64,000 nucleotides of DNA from Octopus sinensis (Eukaryota): contig NC_043003.1 of NCBI RefSeq assembly GCF_006345805.1, positions 3,596,001-3,660,000 of the forward strand, in the 5' to 3' direction. A program made the position numbers and the translations under genes. Shown here piece after piece: positions 40,521 through 53,273 of this stretch (the stretch's first letter is position 1; the number at the start of each line of letters is the position of its first letter). The notes beneath the pieces were generated by a model that searched no databases, was not told the origin of the DNA, and saw only the letters and a list, made by a program, of their open reading frames with translations.

Positions 40521-41874
40521 CATGCATGAGAGAGAGAGAGAGTAAATACCTGATGTTTTATATATGTTCGTCGAGCAATTTCTGTGACTATAACCAGCGT
40601 CCATAACCAAACAATAAGGTCTAGCAATATATTTCCACAGGTGGGCCACAGCACAGCCAAACTAAAGATACCGAGGTAGATGAAATAAAACACCTGTAAA
40701 TGAAAAAGGAAAGTCTTTGGAATATTGCAGGAAATACCATTCCAAATGGGCCATTTCTATTAGGGTTCTTGACATATATCAGTTTGTTGTTTAACCCAAG
40801 ATCTTCTGGGGTTGATGTAATTGACTTACTCCTTCCACTGAACTTGCTGGCCTTGTGCCAAAATTTGGAATCAATTTACCATTCAGGTGAGGATGCTGTT
40901 GCTAATAAGCTGAAGTTTGCTTCTAGAACTGGTCAGATGCTAGCTGAGTGTGGAAGGGTTTTGAACGGTTTTCCTTCAGACAAAAAGGTGAAGGCATTAC
41001 ATTAAAAGCTCTAAGAGACAGAAAGAATATTTACCTGAGTCATCCAAAATTTGGTGATTGGTGAATTCCACAACAGGTAAATCTGCCTCCAAAATGGCAA
41101 TTTCAATTTGCGTTTCCTTCTCAAAGCTGTTCTCAACCTGGCTCCTACGGACCGTTTCCCATTCTGGAAGTAAATGGAGACAAAATCTAAATATGTGGTT
41201 GAAGGGAACAAGTGTGTGGTAGTAGAGACTGAGCAGTCAGATAAAAGAGAGTGAAAAAGGGAAGGCAAGGGATGTTGATTGTCAACATAAAAAGGGTGAT
41301 GGTTGGGTGTATTGAGGAGAGGGTTGTGGGTAGAGGATTGAGTACAGGTATGCCCAGTGTTGTCCTTTGTTATAACGTAGGTGGGATGGCCCAGTGAGTG
41401 GAGAGTGGGTGAGAGTTAGTGAGACAAGAAGGTTGGACAAGTTTGATATGAACCCTACAGAAAAATTTGGGGCTTTGTGCCTAGAGTAGAAAAGAATATC
41501 TGACATCCTTTGCAGCTCCATGGATGCTTCAGATATATTGACTAGTTCTTTCCTTTGTGGTAGATCCATAAGTGGAATGGTCGGTAAGTGTAGTTGGAGG
41601 GTAAGCACTTGTTTCTGGAAACAGTCCAGGCACAGCAGAAGTGGTCAAGTCACTGTCTCTGGAATACTGTTGACCAGTCTGTTCTTTTCAGAAAATCTCC
41701 CTCCATTGTTTGTTACCAAGGTAACAAAAGTCATCAGCTCAGACACTTAGTTTCTCAGGTGTTCACGGCACGGGTTGCTGCCGTGTATCCGTTAAATAGG
41801 AAATGTAGCTGATTGACGACCCTGTGTATGGGGGCGGGGGCTGAAATTACTACTGATGGTGATGATGATGATGG

Positions 41875-41905
<31 letters not shown>

Positions 41906-42866
41906 GGTGATGACGATGATGATGACAACAACGACAATGATGGTGATGATGGTGATGATGATGATGGTGATGATGATGGTGATGATGATGATGGTGATGA
42001 TGGTGATGATGATGATGGTGATGATGATGATGGTGGTGATGATGATGGTGGTGATGATGATTAGGGTGATGATGATGATGGTGATGATGACGACGACGAC
42101 GATGATGATGATGTCGATGACAACGACGATGATGATGATGATGATGATGACATTGAAGGCAATAATGAGGATTGCTGGAACAGACTGATATTCCTAATTA
42201 CTGAGATGGCATCAATAAAAAAAATTTTTTTTTAATTTGAAAGAATCTGAAAGAGTTTGAGTTTGGAATGTCAAAGAGAACCGGTTAGGAACAAAATTGG
42301 AAACATTAAGGACTGGGTAGGTGGGTGGGGTGGGGGTGGGGTGGGAGTCAGAAACGTTAAGCGGGTAGAGAAGGGGAAGGTCCAAATGTATGTAAATTCT
42401 GTATGAAAGGTGTGTGTGTGTGTGTGTGGGTGGGGTGGGGGGGGGGCATATTTCTGGTGTTTTACCCGACGGAATTCTTTCTCCAACATTGACTTTGACT
42501 GTGGAAGTCTGTTATCTTCACTGGAGTCACTGCCACTCTCTTCATCAATCTCCTCTTCTGCAAACAGGGAAAATAAACACAACTTAGTTACATGTGTTTG
42601 TGTGTGTGTGTGTGTGTGTGCTGAGTCATAATAAAAACCAATTTATTATTGAACTGAAGAATTATTCAATAATTTTGTGAAATTCATATTTATTATGTTT
42701 TCATTTTTTGTAAGAAGAGAGGGAGATGATAGGGACTTTTGTTCTTCATCTGACAAAGACTAGCAGGGCAAAAGTTCAATGCAACAGTCACCCCTCTTCT
42801 TTCAAAAGTACAATAAATAAATAAAGATACATACACATATACAATCACACATACATATATACATAG

Positions 42867-42899
<33 letters not shown>

Positions 42900-44069
42900 G
42901 TAGTAGTAGTAGTAGTAGTAGTAATAATAATAATATAATAATATAAATAATATATACATACATATATGCATATATACATACATATATGTACATACTTACA
43001 TCTATACGTATATATATATATATATATATATATGCATATGTGGGCACAGGACGTCATGAAACGTGTACAACAAAAAAGTACAAAGCACGAGTACATGGAA
43101 TATGAACAATTCTTTCGAACAACGAAAGACAAATGGAAAACAAAACAAACAACATAAAGAACGACCCTTCATCAGTTGTTGGCTGTTTTTCTAGTCTCGT
43201 ATTTCGGGCATTTAACAACAATATACACTTTCGATAAAAGAGATTCTCTCACAAAGCACATTAAATGAAATTTGGGTTTTTGTGGAGGGTCAAAATTGGT
43301 AACACAAACAGGACAGTGAAACCAAATAGGAAGGGCTGCTAAGCCTAAACGAGGTTGTGGCGGCAAACACATAAATCAAGCTTGGACAGGAGACAGACAA
43401 GAACACGTCTTCTTTGTTCCAGCTATATATATATATTAAAAAATGAGATTATATTAGTGGATAGCAAATACAAAAAGAACCATATTGGTAAAAATTAATT
43501 TTTAAATATATAATTATCAAAATATATTTATAATTAAGGAATGTCAGCACCTATATGTTAGAAATAGATATCAAAAACCTACAATCCAGTTTAAATTTTT
43601 TCTCTATTAATAACCCCAGGTCGAATGCAAGATTTACAAAATTTTTGATAATTCTATGTCTTAAGATTTCATGCTCTGTAATAAAGATGCAGTGCCCCAG
43701 CATGGCCACAGTAGAAATAATATAATTGAAAAATTCATACATGAATTGTTTGCTTATATATTTGTCAGTGTATCTCTACTGAGGATTGCAAAATAATCTT
43801 TATTACAGAATATGAAATCTTAAGATATAAGATTATCCAAAATTTTGTAAATCATCTTGCTCATTACCTTGCATTCGACCTGGGGTTATAAAATAGAGAA
43901 CAAATCTAGAGTGGATTGTTGGTATTTGACATCTACTTCTAGCGTATAGGCACTGGCATTCTAGTGCCCTTAATTATAATTACATTTTCATAATTATATG
44001 TGTCCCAGCACAATGGTAGGGCCCCAGCAGAGATACAGCCTCAAGGTTGAGACATATAAAAGAATAAAA

Positions 44070-44109
<40 letters not shown>

Positions 44110-44276
44110 GTGCAGGAGTGGGTGTGTGGTAAGTGGCTTGCTTCCCAACCACATGGTTCTGGGCTCGGTCCCACTGCAGGGCACCTTAAGCAGCTGTCTT
44201 CTACTATAGCTTTGGGCCAACCAAAGCATTGTGAGTGGATTTAGTAGACGAAAACTGAAAGATGCTTGTCATATAT

Positions 44277-44329
<53 letters not shown>

Positions 44330-47300
44330 TTGTGTGTCTGTGTTTGTCCCCCACCATCACTTAACAGCCAATGTTGGTGTGTTTACGTCCCCATAACTTA
44401 ATGGTTCGGCAAAAGAGACTGATATAATAAGTACCAGACTTACAAAGAGTAAGTCCTGAGGTTGATTTGTTCGACTAAAGGAGGTGCTCCAGCATGGCCG
44501 CAGTCAAATGACTGAAACAAGAATATAAGTATTCATAATATTAAAAAATGAGAACAATAAGTTTGACCTTATTCAAAGTACTGAGTGACACTCAAAGTGA
44601 CATTCAAAGTACTGAGTGACACTCTTCTTGAAGTGTTCTGTTGTTATTCTGACCTGCTTTAAAATAATCTTATTTGAAGAGAAGGGAGAAATAGAAAAGC
44701 TTCTTTTCTATTCTAGGCACAAGGCCTGAAATTTTTGGGGAGGGGGCCAGTCGATTAGATTGACCCCCAGAATGCAACTGGTACTTTTTTTATTGACCCT
44801 GAAAGGATGAAAGGCAAAGTCGACCTTGGCGGAATTCGAACTCAGAACATAACGATGGGCAAAATACCGCTAAGCATTTCACCCAGAGTGCTAACGTTTC
44901 CTATTTCTTTATTGCCCACAAGGGGGATAACGTTTCTGCCAGATCACAGCCTTTGGAGCAATATGAAATATTTATTTCTTTATTGCCCACAGGGGGCTAA
45001 ACATAGAGGGAACAAACAAGGACAAAGGGATTAAGTCGATTACATCGACCCCAGTGTGTAACTGGTACTTATTTAATCGACCCCGAAAAGATGAAAGGCA
45101 AAGTCAACCTCAGTGGGATTTGAACACAGAATGTAAAGACAGACGAAATACCTACTTCTTTACTACCCACAAGGGGCTAAATACAGAGAGGACAAACAAA
45201 GACAGACAAACGGATTAAGTCGATTATATCGACCCCAGTGCTTAACTGGTACTTATTTAATCGACCCTGAAAGGATGAAAGGCAAAGTTGACCTCGGCGG
45301 AATTTGAACTCAGAACGTAGCGACAGACGAAACACCGCTAAGCATTTTGCCTGGCGTGCTAACATTTCTGCCAGCTCGCCGCCTTCAGAGAAATATAAAA
45401 TATTGATTTACCTCTGAGATCAATATCTACTTTTAACTTGCTTTGGTTGGTATTACTTGGTACAAAGGCAATCCAGATATACATTGGTAGCACCAGAAAT
45501 ACACTGGCCAGAATCTGGAAATACAACAAAGAACAGAATAAAGAACAGGAGATGAGGAGGACGACAATGGTGATGGTGATAGGGGTGGTGGTGATAGTGA
45601 TGGGGGGGTGATAGTGTTGATGACTGGGGGTGGGGTGGGGGTGAGGTGTTAGTGAAGATTTTTATTCTGGCCAAAGACAAGACAACTGCAGACATGTTTG
45701 GAGGCAATTCAGTATTGAAAATCCAGAACACATTTGACCATTTTTGTGGAAGGAAAATGTGAGTTTCTATGACCACAGTCGTCAAGAGAGGACTGCAGGG
45801 TCCAGCTCTTACTTTCAGCCACACTACATTGGTCAGTCGGAAGGTATATTAAAAGACATTTGTCCAAGGTGCCATGGTGCAGGATTGAAACCATAACCAT
45901 GAGGTTGTGAAGTAACTGCCTTAACAATACTGCAATGCACAGAGGACTTCAGTTGATCCAATCAACAGAACAACCTGTGCATGAAATTAATGTACAAGTG
46001 GCTGAGTGTTCCACAGACGTGTACCCTTAATGTAATTTTCAGGAAGAATTCAATATGACACAGAATGTGACAAGGGTGACCCCTTTGAGTTACAAGTACA
46101 ACTCATTTTTACCAGCTGAGTGGTCTGTAGCAACGTGAAACAAACTGTCTTGCTCAAAGAGACAATGTATTGCTGGGAATTGAACTCATGACCTTACGAT
46201 CATGGGCCCAACACACACACGCTATTCTGAAAACTGTGCTATGGTCTTATCTGATGGTTCTTCATTAATATTTACTCACATCTGTGTATCAGACCTTTTG
46301 TTTACAACAATGAATGTCCCAAATTCGCCTTTACCAACGTTTCCAAGCTATACTAGCTCAGTCCCATCTTCAGGCTGTTGTGGTTGCTGTGCTGTTCTTT
46401 TTATGGTCAACAGCTTGTGTTTATACAGCTTTTCCCACCAGAACTTGACCGTTAGAAGCACTGGTGTTTGATGTCATCAGATTTCTACTTGTGATGCATG
46501 TTTGTTAATTGTAGCCTTGTGTTGGGATATCAATGTTGCTTCAATAATTCTGTGGAGAATTCTATAAAGATTTTCTGCTAATGTTTTTCAAATTTTGTTT
46601 TATGATGTTTACTGTAGAGCATTTTAATAATTTCTTATTTTAAGTGCATGGTGAGCCTATGAGAGAGTATTGTACCTGTCTGGCCAAAATAACAGTCAGA
46701 ATTGTAAAGTTTGCACATATTACAATAGAAGTGGTTTAGGGGAGAGTGAGTGTTGGCTGGCAGCACAACACAGTGAAGTTAGAGTGCATTGGATGGGGGG
46801 GGGGGATAGCAGTCTCTCATATATAGGTCTGCCATAGGGAAAGGGGACAGAGTGATAAAGCTGGTGCAATCAGCATGGGTTAGGGTTAAGGAGATTAGAA
46901 GAGAAGAGAGAGGCTATGGGTCATAAGATGAATAAGAAGGGGGTGCTGAGCAATGGGGAAGTTTCTAAGGCAACTTACTTCTGATCTACACACCTATACT
47001 TACATCCATTTTCAGGTGAGATTTTTGTCATCAATAATTAAATTCAGGAAAAGACATGGCAGAAATGCAATGAAGATTTCAAATAAGAAAATAAATAAGA
47101 ACAAACCTTGAACCAATAAGGAAGTCTGAATACTCCCCAGTCGAGTTCTTTAACTTGGATTGATCCAAATAGTTTCTTGGTTAACCACTTCTGACAACAA
47201 GGATGAGCAATAAAATGGAGGTAACCAGAGTCGTGTGCGATTTCAATTGCTGTTTTATTATTAAAGTCTGGTAATGGTCGACTGAGCATGCTGTAGGCCT

Positions 47301-49456
47301 GAGCACTGGAGTCTCGGAAGCTGATGTCTAAAGTGCCAAGAGCCATTTTACCAAACTCACTAAACAAGGAAAAATAAAGATAAATTTGGTAATTTCAACA
47401 TGGCAGGAATTCAAATGTTTTTTAAGGGTCATCAAAGAATACGGTCGATACATTTGGAGAGTGAACCTGATACACGTCTCTATATTTGATTGTTATATCA
47501 CAAATGGTGAATGGTTGTTTCATTGGATGCTGCTGTACCATCTGATCTGTATGATGAGGAATGGCTACAGACATGCTTAGATTCAGTACCCTGCCATCAC
47601 CAATCTTTACCATTTATTTTCAGTCTCTCTTCATCATATGACACTTCCCTGATACCTACCACCCTCATTTAGAACCTCACACATTCACTGCTACCCTATC
47701 AGGCCCTTCTGATATACTTTCTATTCAGTTTTCATACCAACAACCAGCACTTCGCTGCCTATCACTGTATTTCTTCCATTACCCACTCTCCTATCACACT
47801 CTCATTCCGGCCCAATCACTTGCATACTCTCTCTTCTAGTCACTCTACTGGTCACATTTGCCTTGAAGGAACGGAGATTACAAGAAGTGGTGTGGACCCT
47901 TTATTCTTTCAGGGTACAAGGCAACCTCTTGATTGATGGTAATATGATAAAATATTACTCAGTGTACTTGGCAAAAAGGTTGGTGTTAGGGAAGGGCATC
48001 CAACCACAGAGACCTTGCCAAATATAGAATTCACATGTAGGATGTTGTTCTTTGGTTCATCTAGGAGAGCACCAACTCCCAATAAGAACTGTCTTCGGCT
48101 ATGATGACTCAACCAAGCCATGATAGCATTGAAAGTGGATGTAGAATGATGACGATGATGATGATGACATGCAATACAGAACAATGTTTGGTATATACTC
48201 TAATATACTACCCCTATGGTCAGAGGCGCAATGGCCCAGTTGTTAGGGCAGCGGAGTTGCAGTTGTAGGATCGCAGTTTCGATTCCCACACCGAGTGTTG
48301 TGAGTGTTTATTGAGTGAAAATACCTAAAGCTCCATGAGGCTCTGACAGGGGGTGGTGGTGATCCCTGCTGTACTCTTCCACCACAACTTGCTCTCACTC
48401 TTTCTTCCTGTTTCTGTTGCACCTGTATTTCAAAGGGGCCAGCCTTGTCACACTCTGTGTCACGCAGAATCTCCCTGAGAACTACATTAAGGGTCCACGT
48501 GTCTGTGGAGTGCTCAGCCACTTGCACATTAATTTCACGAGCAATCTGTTCCATTGATCAGATCATAACCAATGGAGTGCCGAGTGCCGTAGTAATATAT
48601 ATATATATATATTTTCTTTTATTCTTTTACTCTTTTTAGTTATTTGACTGTGGTCATGTTGGAGCATTGCCTTAAAAGGCTTTAGTTGAAATTGACCCCA
48701 GGACTTATTCTTTGTAAGCCTAGGACTTATTCTATCAGTCACATTTGCCAAACTGCTAAGTTATGGGGATGTAAATACACCAACATTCGTTGTCAAGTGA
48801 TGGAGGCAAGCAAACTCAAACACAAACATACATAAATACACACACACACACACACACACATATATGATGGGCTTCTTTCAGTTTCCATCAATCAGATTCA
48901 CTCACAAAGCTTTGGTCAGCTGAAGGCTATAGATCATGACGCTTGTCCAAGGTGCCATGCAGTGGGGACTGAACCCAGAACCATGTGGTTGGCAAGCAAG
49001 CTTCTTACCACACAGCCACTCCTGCGTTTATACACACACACACACATATGTATATATGTGTGTGAGTGTGCATGTGTGTGTGTGTATATAAATATAAATG
49101 ACATTGGCTGAACACGCATACACATGTACATACAAATAGGCATACACAGACACGCATATTCATATACATGCACACACAATCACACATATATATACAAATA
49201 TATACATAGGCATTACCTAACCAACACACACACACACACGCACATACACGCACACGCACACACTGTTACGGGGGGGGGGACATGCAAACATTAAAAAAAG
49301 ATAAAGGTGTGTTGGGATGTTTACTTTATGTTTCATTATTTCAAAACAGTCCACTTGATAATGTAGGTCAGTTGTCACTGCAGTCCACTCATGTCTTCTA
49401 GTGTTACAGCAGCAGCAGCAGCAGCAGTAGTAGTTGTAATAGTAGTAGTGGTAGTA

Positions 49457-49493
<37 letters not shown>

Positions 49494-49654
49494 AGGTAGT
49501 AGTAGTAGTAAGTAGTAGTAGTAGTAGTAAGTAGTAGTGGTAGTAGTTGTAGTAGTAATAGTAGTAGTAGTAGTAGTTGTAGTAGTTGTTGCTGTAATAG
49601 TAGTAGTAGTAGTTGTAGTAGTAGTAATAGTAGTAGTAGTAGTAGTAATAGTAA

Positions 49655-49713
<59 letters not shown>

Positions 49714-49811
49714 ATAGTAGCTGTTGTTAAAGTGAAGTAGCTGTTAGTCTTATATCAAAAAATGGGAAAAGAAAAAAATCGTTATATGTGTGTCTCTGCG
49801 TACATATGTAA

Positions 49812-49865
<54 letters not shown>

Positions 49866-52800
49866 GTATGCACAAACACAGTCACTGGCTTTTCTGTGTG
49901 CTTACAAAAGACTATTTGTTCACACACACACACACACACACACACACATTGTGTCGTTAAATAATTTGTATCATTTCCTTTCAAACTTCCCCTTCTTTGA
50001 GGACCAGTGAGTGGGGGCAGTGTTAAAATCTATCGCTGCTTCCAATGTTGTTGATGTTATTGTTGAAGTGGAGATTTTGTTTATACATAATACTGAAAAT
50101 TTCAACTGCAGGCGCAGGAGTGGATGTGTGGTAAGTAGCTTGCTTACCAACAACATGGTTCCAGGTTCAGTCCCACATCGTGGCACCTTGGGCAAGTGTC
50201 TTCTACTATAGCCCTCGGGCCAACCAAAGCCTTGTGAATGGATTAGGTAGATGGAAACTGGAAGAAGCCTGTCGTATATATATATATATATGTATATATG
50301 TGTGTGTATGTTTGTGTGTCTGTGTTTGTCCCCCCTATCACTTGACAACTGATGCTGGTGTGTTTACATAGCCGTAACTTAGCAGTTCGGCAAAATAGAC
50401 TGATAGAATAAGTACTAGGCTTACAAAGAATAAATCGTGGGGTCGATTTGCTTGACTAAAGGCGGTGCTCCAGCATGGCTGCAGTCAAATGACTGAAACA
50501 AGTAAAAGTGTAAAAGAGTATGCAATCCCTGACTCACACAATCCCTGACTCACACAATCCCTAACTCACACAACCCCTAACTCACGTAATCCATGACTCA
50601 TGTAATCCCTGATTCACACGGTTCCTAATTCAAGACTTATAACTCACTTCTTCCATGACTCACATAATCTATTACCCTCACACTCTATGATTCACATGAT
50701 CAATGACTCATAATCACCATGACTCAACAAACTGAAAGAGTCAGCCATGATTGAGTCCATCAGAAAAGTCTGTCGTCCACATCCCCAAAATACATCTACC
50801 TCATGAAATCCTACATTTATCCATGAGAATTAGGTCTTTTACCATCTTTAAAATAGGGACCAAAAGGATTATGTCTTAAATCAGAGAGCACCCTTTTTGA
50901 AGATCATGCCTGAAGACCATGGCTGAAGGATTCCGTGTGAGGCCCCTGTCTGCGGATCATGTCCTTGACGATCCATCTTGGAAACAGGAATCACACAGTT
51001 AAAGAAAACACAGACAAACTAAAGCTATGTTTTGTTTAGTTGCAAGTGAGGAATTTTACTTGACATAAATTTGCTTGATAAGGAGCAGCAGCAGCAGCAA
51101 CAACAACAGCAACAACAACAGCAACAACCACTACTACTGCTACTACTACTACTACTTCACGGTCCATCGTAGCATTACGGAGGTCTTGTTGTTGGATGCC
51201 TGTATCCTTGGAGATTACATCAGGGTAGGAGAGTGTGCGCCCTCTGGTATCACAAGCAGATCGCTTCCAGAGGAGAAGAGTAGAAATTACCTCGTTTTCA
51301 GCTCTACAACCAATGTCCAGCAAACTGGACTCTTCTACCTTTCACAAGAGATGATACAGGTGGCAATTTCCCATATATTTGTACTTTGGTTGGATGGAAC
51401 TAACACTCGCCTCCGTATGAGAGTTCAAAATCTCTCGTGGACGCATCATCCAACCAAAGCACTGGTGCAGGTGCCACATCAAAAGCACTAGTGACAATGT
51501 CCCATAAAAAGCAGTGGTGATGGTGTCACATAAAATGCACTGGAGCTGGTGCCACGTAAAAAAAAAACACTGGTGCTGGTGCTAAGTATAAAGCACCCAT
51601 TCTACTCTGCAAAGTGGTTGGTGTTAGGAATGGTACCCAGCTGTAGAAACTATAGCAAAACAGACAATGGAACCTGGTGCAGCTCTTTGGCTCACCGGCT
51701 GCTGTCAAACCGTCCAACCCATGCCAGCATGGAAAAACGGGTGTTAAATGAGGATGATGATGATGATGATGATGATGAACTACTCCTCAACCCTTGTTCA
51801 TCATTGATTCTATTCACCTTCACTCCATCTGTAACCCTCCCTTGCTCCTCCTTCAAACAATCTGGAAACCTTCACCCACCCACCCTTCCTCTTCTCCTCC
51901 CCTCACTCATTTCTATTCCCACCCCCTTGTACCTCGACACTTCACCCCCATCTTTATCTTTCTTTCCAGCCCAACACTAATTAATTACTCTCAATATTCT
52001 GTTATAATGTGAGCAGCCATGTTTCTCCTCCCGTTGTACAAATCTGCCATCACCCTCTCTACTGTAGCCCCACTCGGTCAAAGTGGACCTTAGTTTTCCA
52101 GCTGTATGGTGACCTCACTAGTGCTGGTGCCACACAAAAAAAAAAGCACCCAGTCCGTGCTATAGAAACCATGCCCAAAGCAGACACAGGAGCATCATGC
52201 TGTCCCCTGATCCATCAGATCCCATGAAACCATCCAACCCATGCCAGCATGGAAAACAGAAGTTCAAAGATGATGATCAGCATTATATGAATATTGGTTT
52301 GTTTTTACCCCTGTTATTCCGTGCTAGCACACTTATACTGTTGAGACATTGTTTTACAGCTGGATGCCCTCCCTGTCACTAACCCTTATTTGTTTTTCAA
52401 ATAAGGGATCTTTTATTCCATTTGTTGATAAAGGCAAAGTTGTTTGTGGAAGACCAGCAGTCGCCCATGCATACCAGCCTACCCTATCCACACCACTGAT
52501 GTTATCCAAGGGAAAGGCAAAGGGGCCGATACAGCTTGGCACCAGTTACATCGCAACTCATTTCTACAACTGAGTGACCTGGAGCAATGTTAAATAAAGT
52601 GTTTTGTTCAAGAAGACAACACAAAGCCAGGGCTGGGAATCAAACTCACAACCTCATGATTGTGAGCCTGGTGATCTAACGACTGAGCCATGCACCTTCA
52701 CAATACAAACATAATGTTTTCATTATTAAAAACTAGGAAGGTGGCAAGCTGGCAGAAACGTTAGCACACCAGGCAAAATGCTTAGCGGTATTTTGTCTGC

Positions 52801-53229
52801 CTCTACCAGCCTCCCCTCTTCACACCACTGATGTTATCCAAGGGAAAGGCAAAGGGGCTGATACAGCTTGGCACCAGTTACATCGCAACTCATTCATACA
52901 GCTGAGTGAACTGGAGCAACATGGAATAAAGTGTCTTGCTCAAGAACACAACAGGAATCGAACTCACTACCACATGATTGTGAGCCCGACACTGTAACCA
53001 CTGAGCCATGTGCCTTCACACACGTACACACACACAGTTGCCAACCAAGTGTGGCGTCCTATACAGGACAGTGCTAGGACGCCACACTTGGTTGGCAATT
53101 ATATGTTATGGTTCTGTACTGTTACTGTTTATATCTCGGTCAGGGATTTAATATAGCCTATATATCTATATATACACATGTATATAAGTGTATATGTACG
53201 TGTGTGTATATATACATATATATATATAT

Positions 53230-53273
<44 letters not shown>

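Noticed and set aside
50525-50720. 16-bp degenerate tandem repeat, also ~17-bp at 56340-56540 and 14-bp at 18830-18875
   Set aside because: Ordinary short minisatellites with no further structure.
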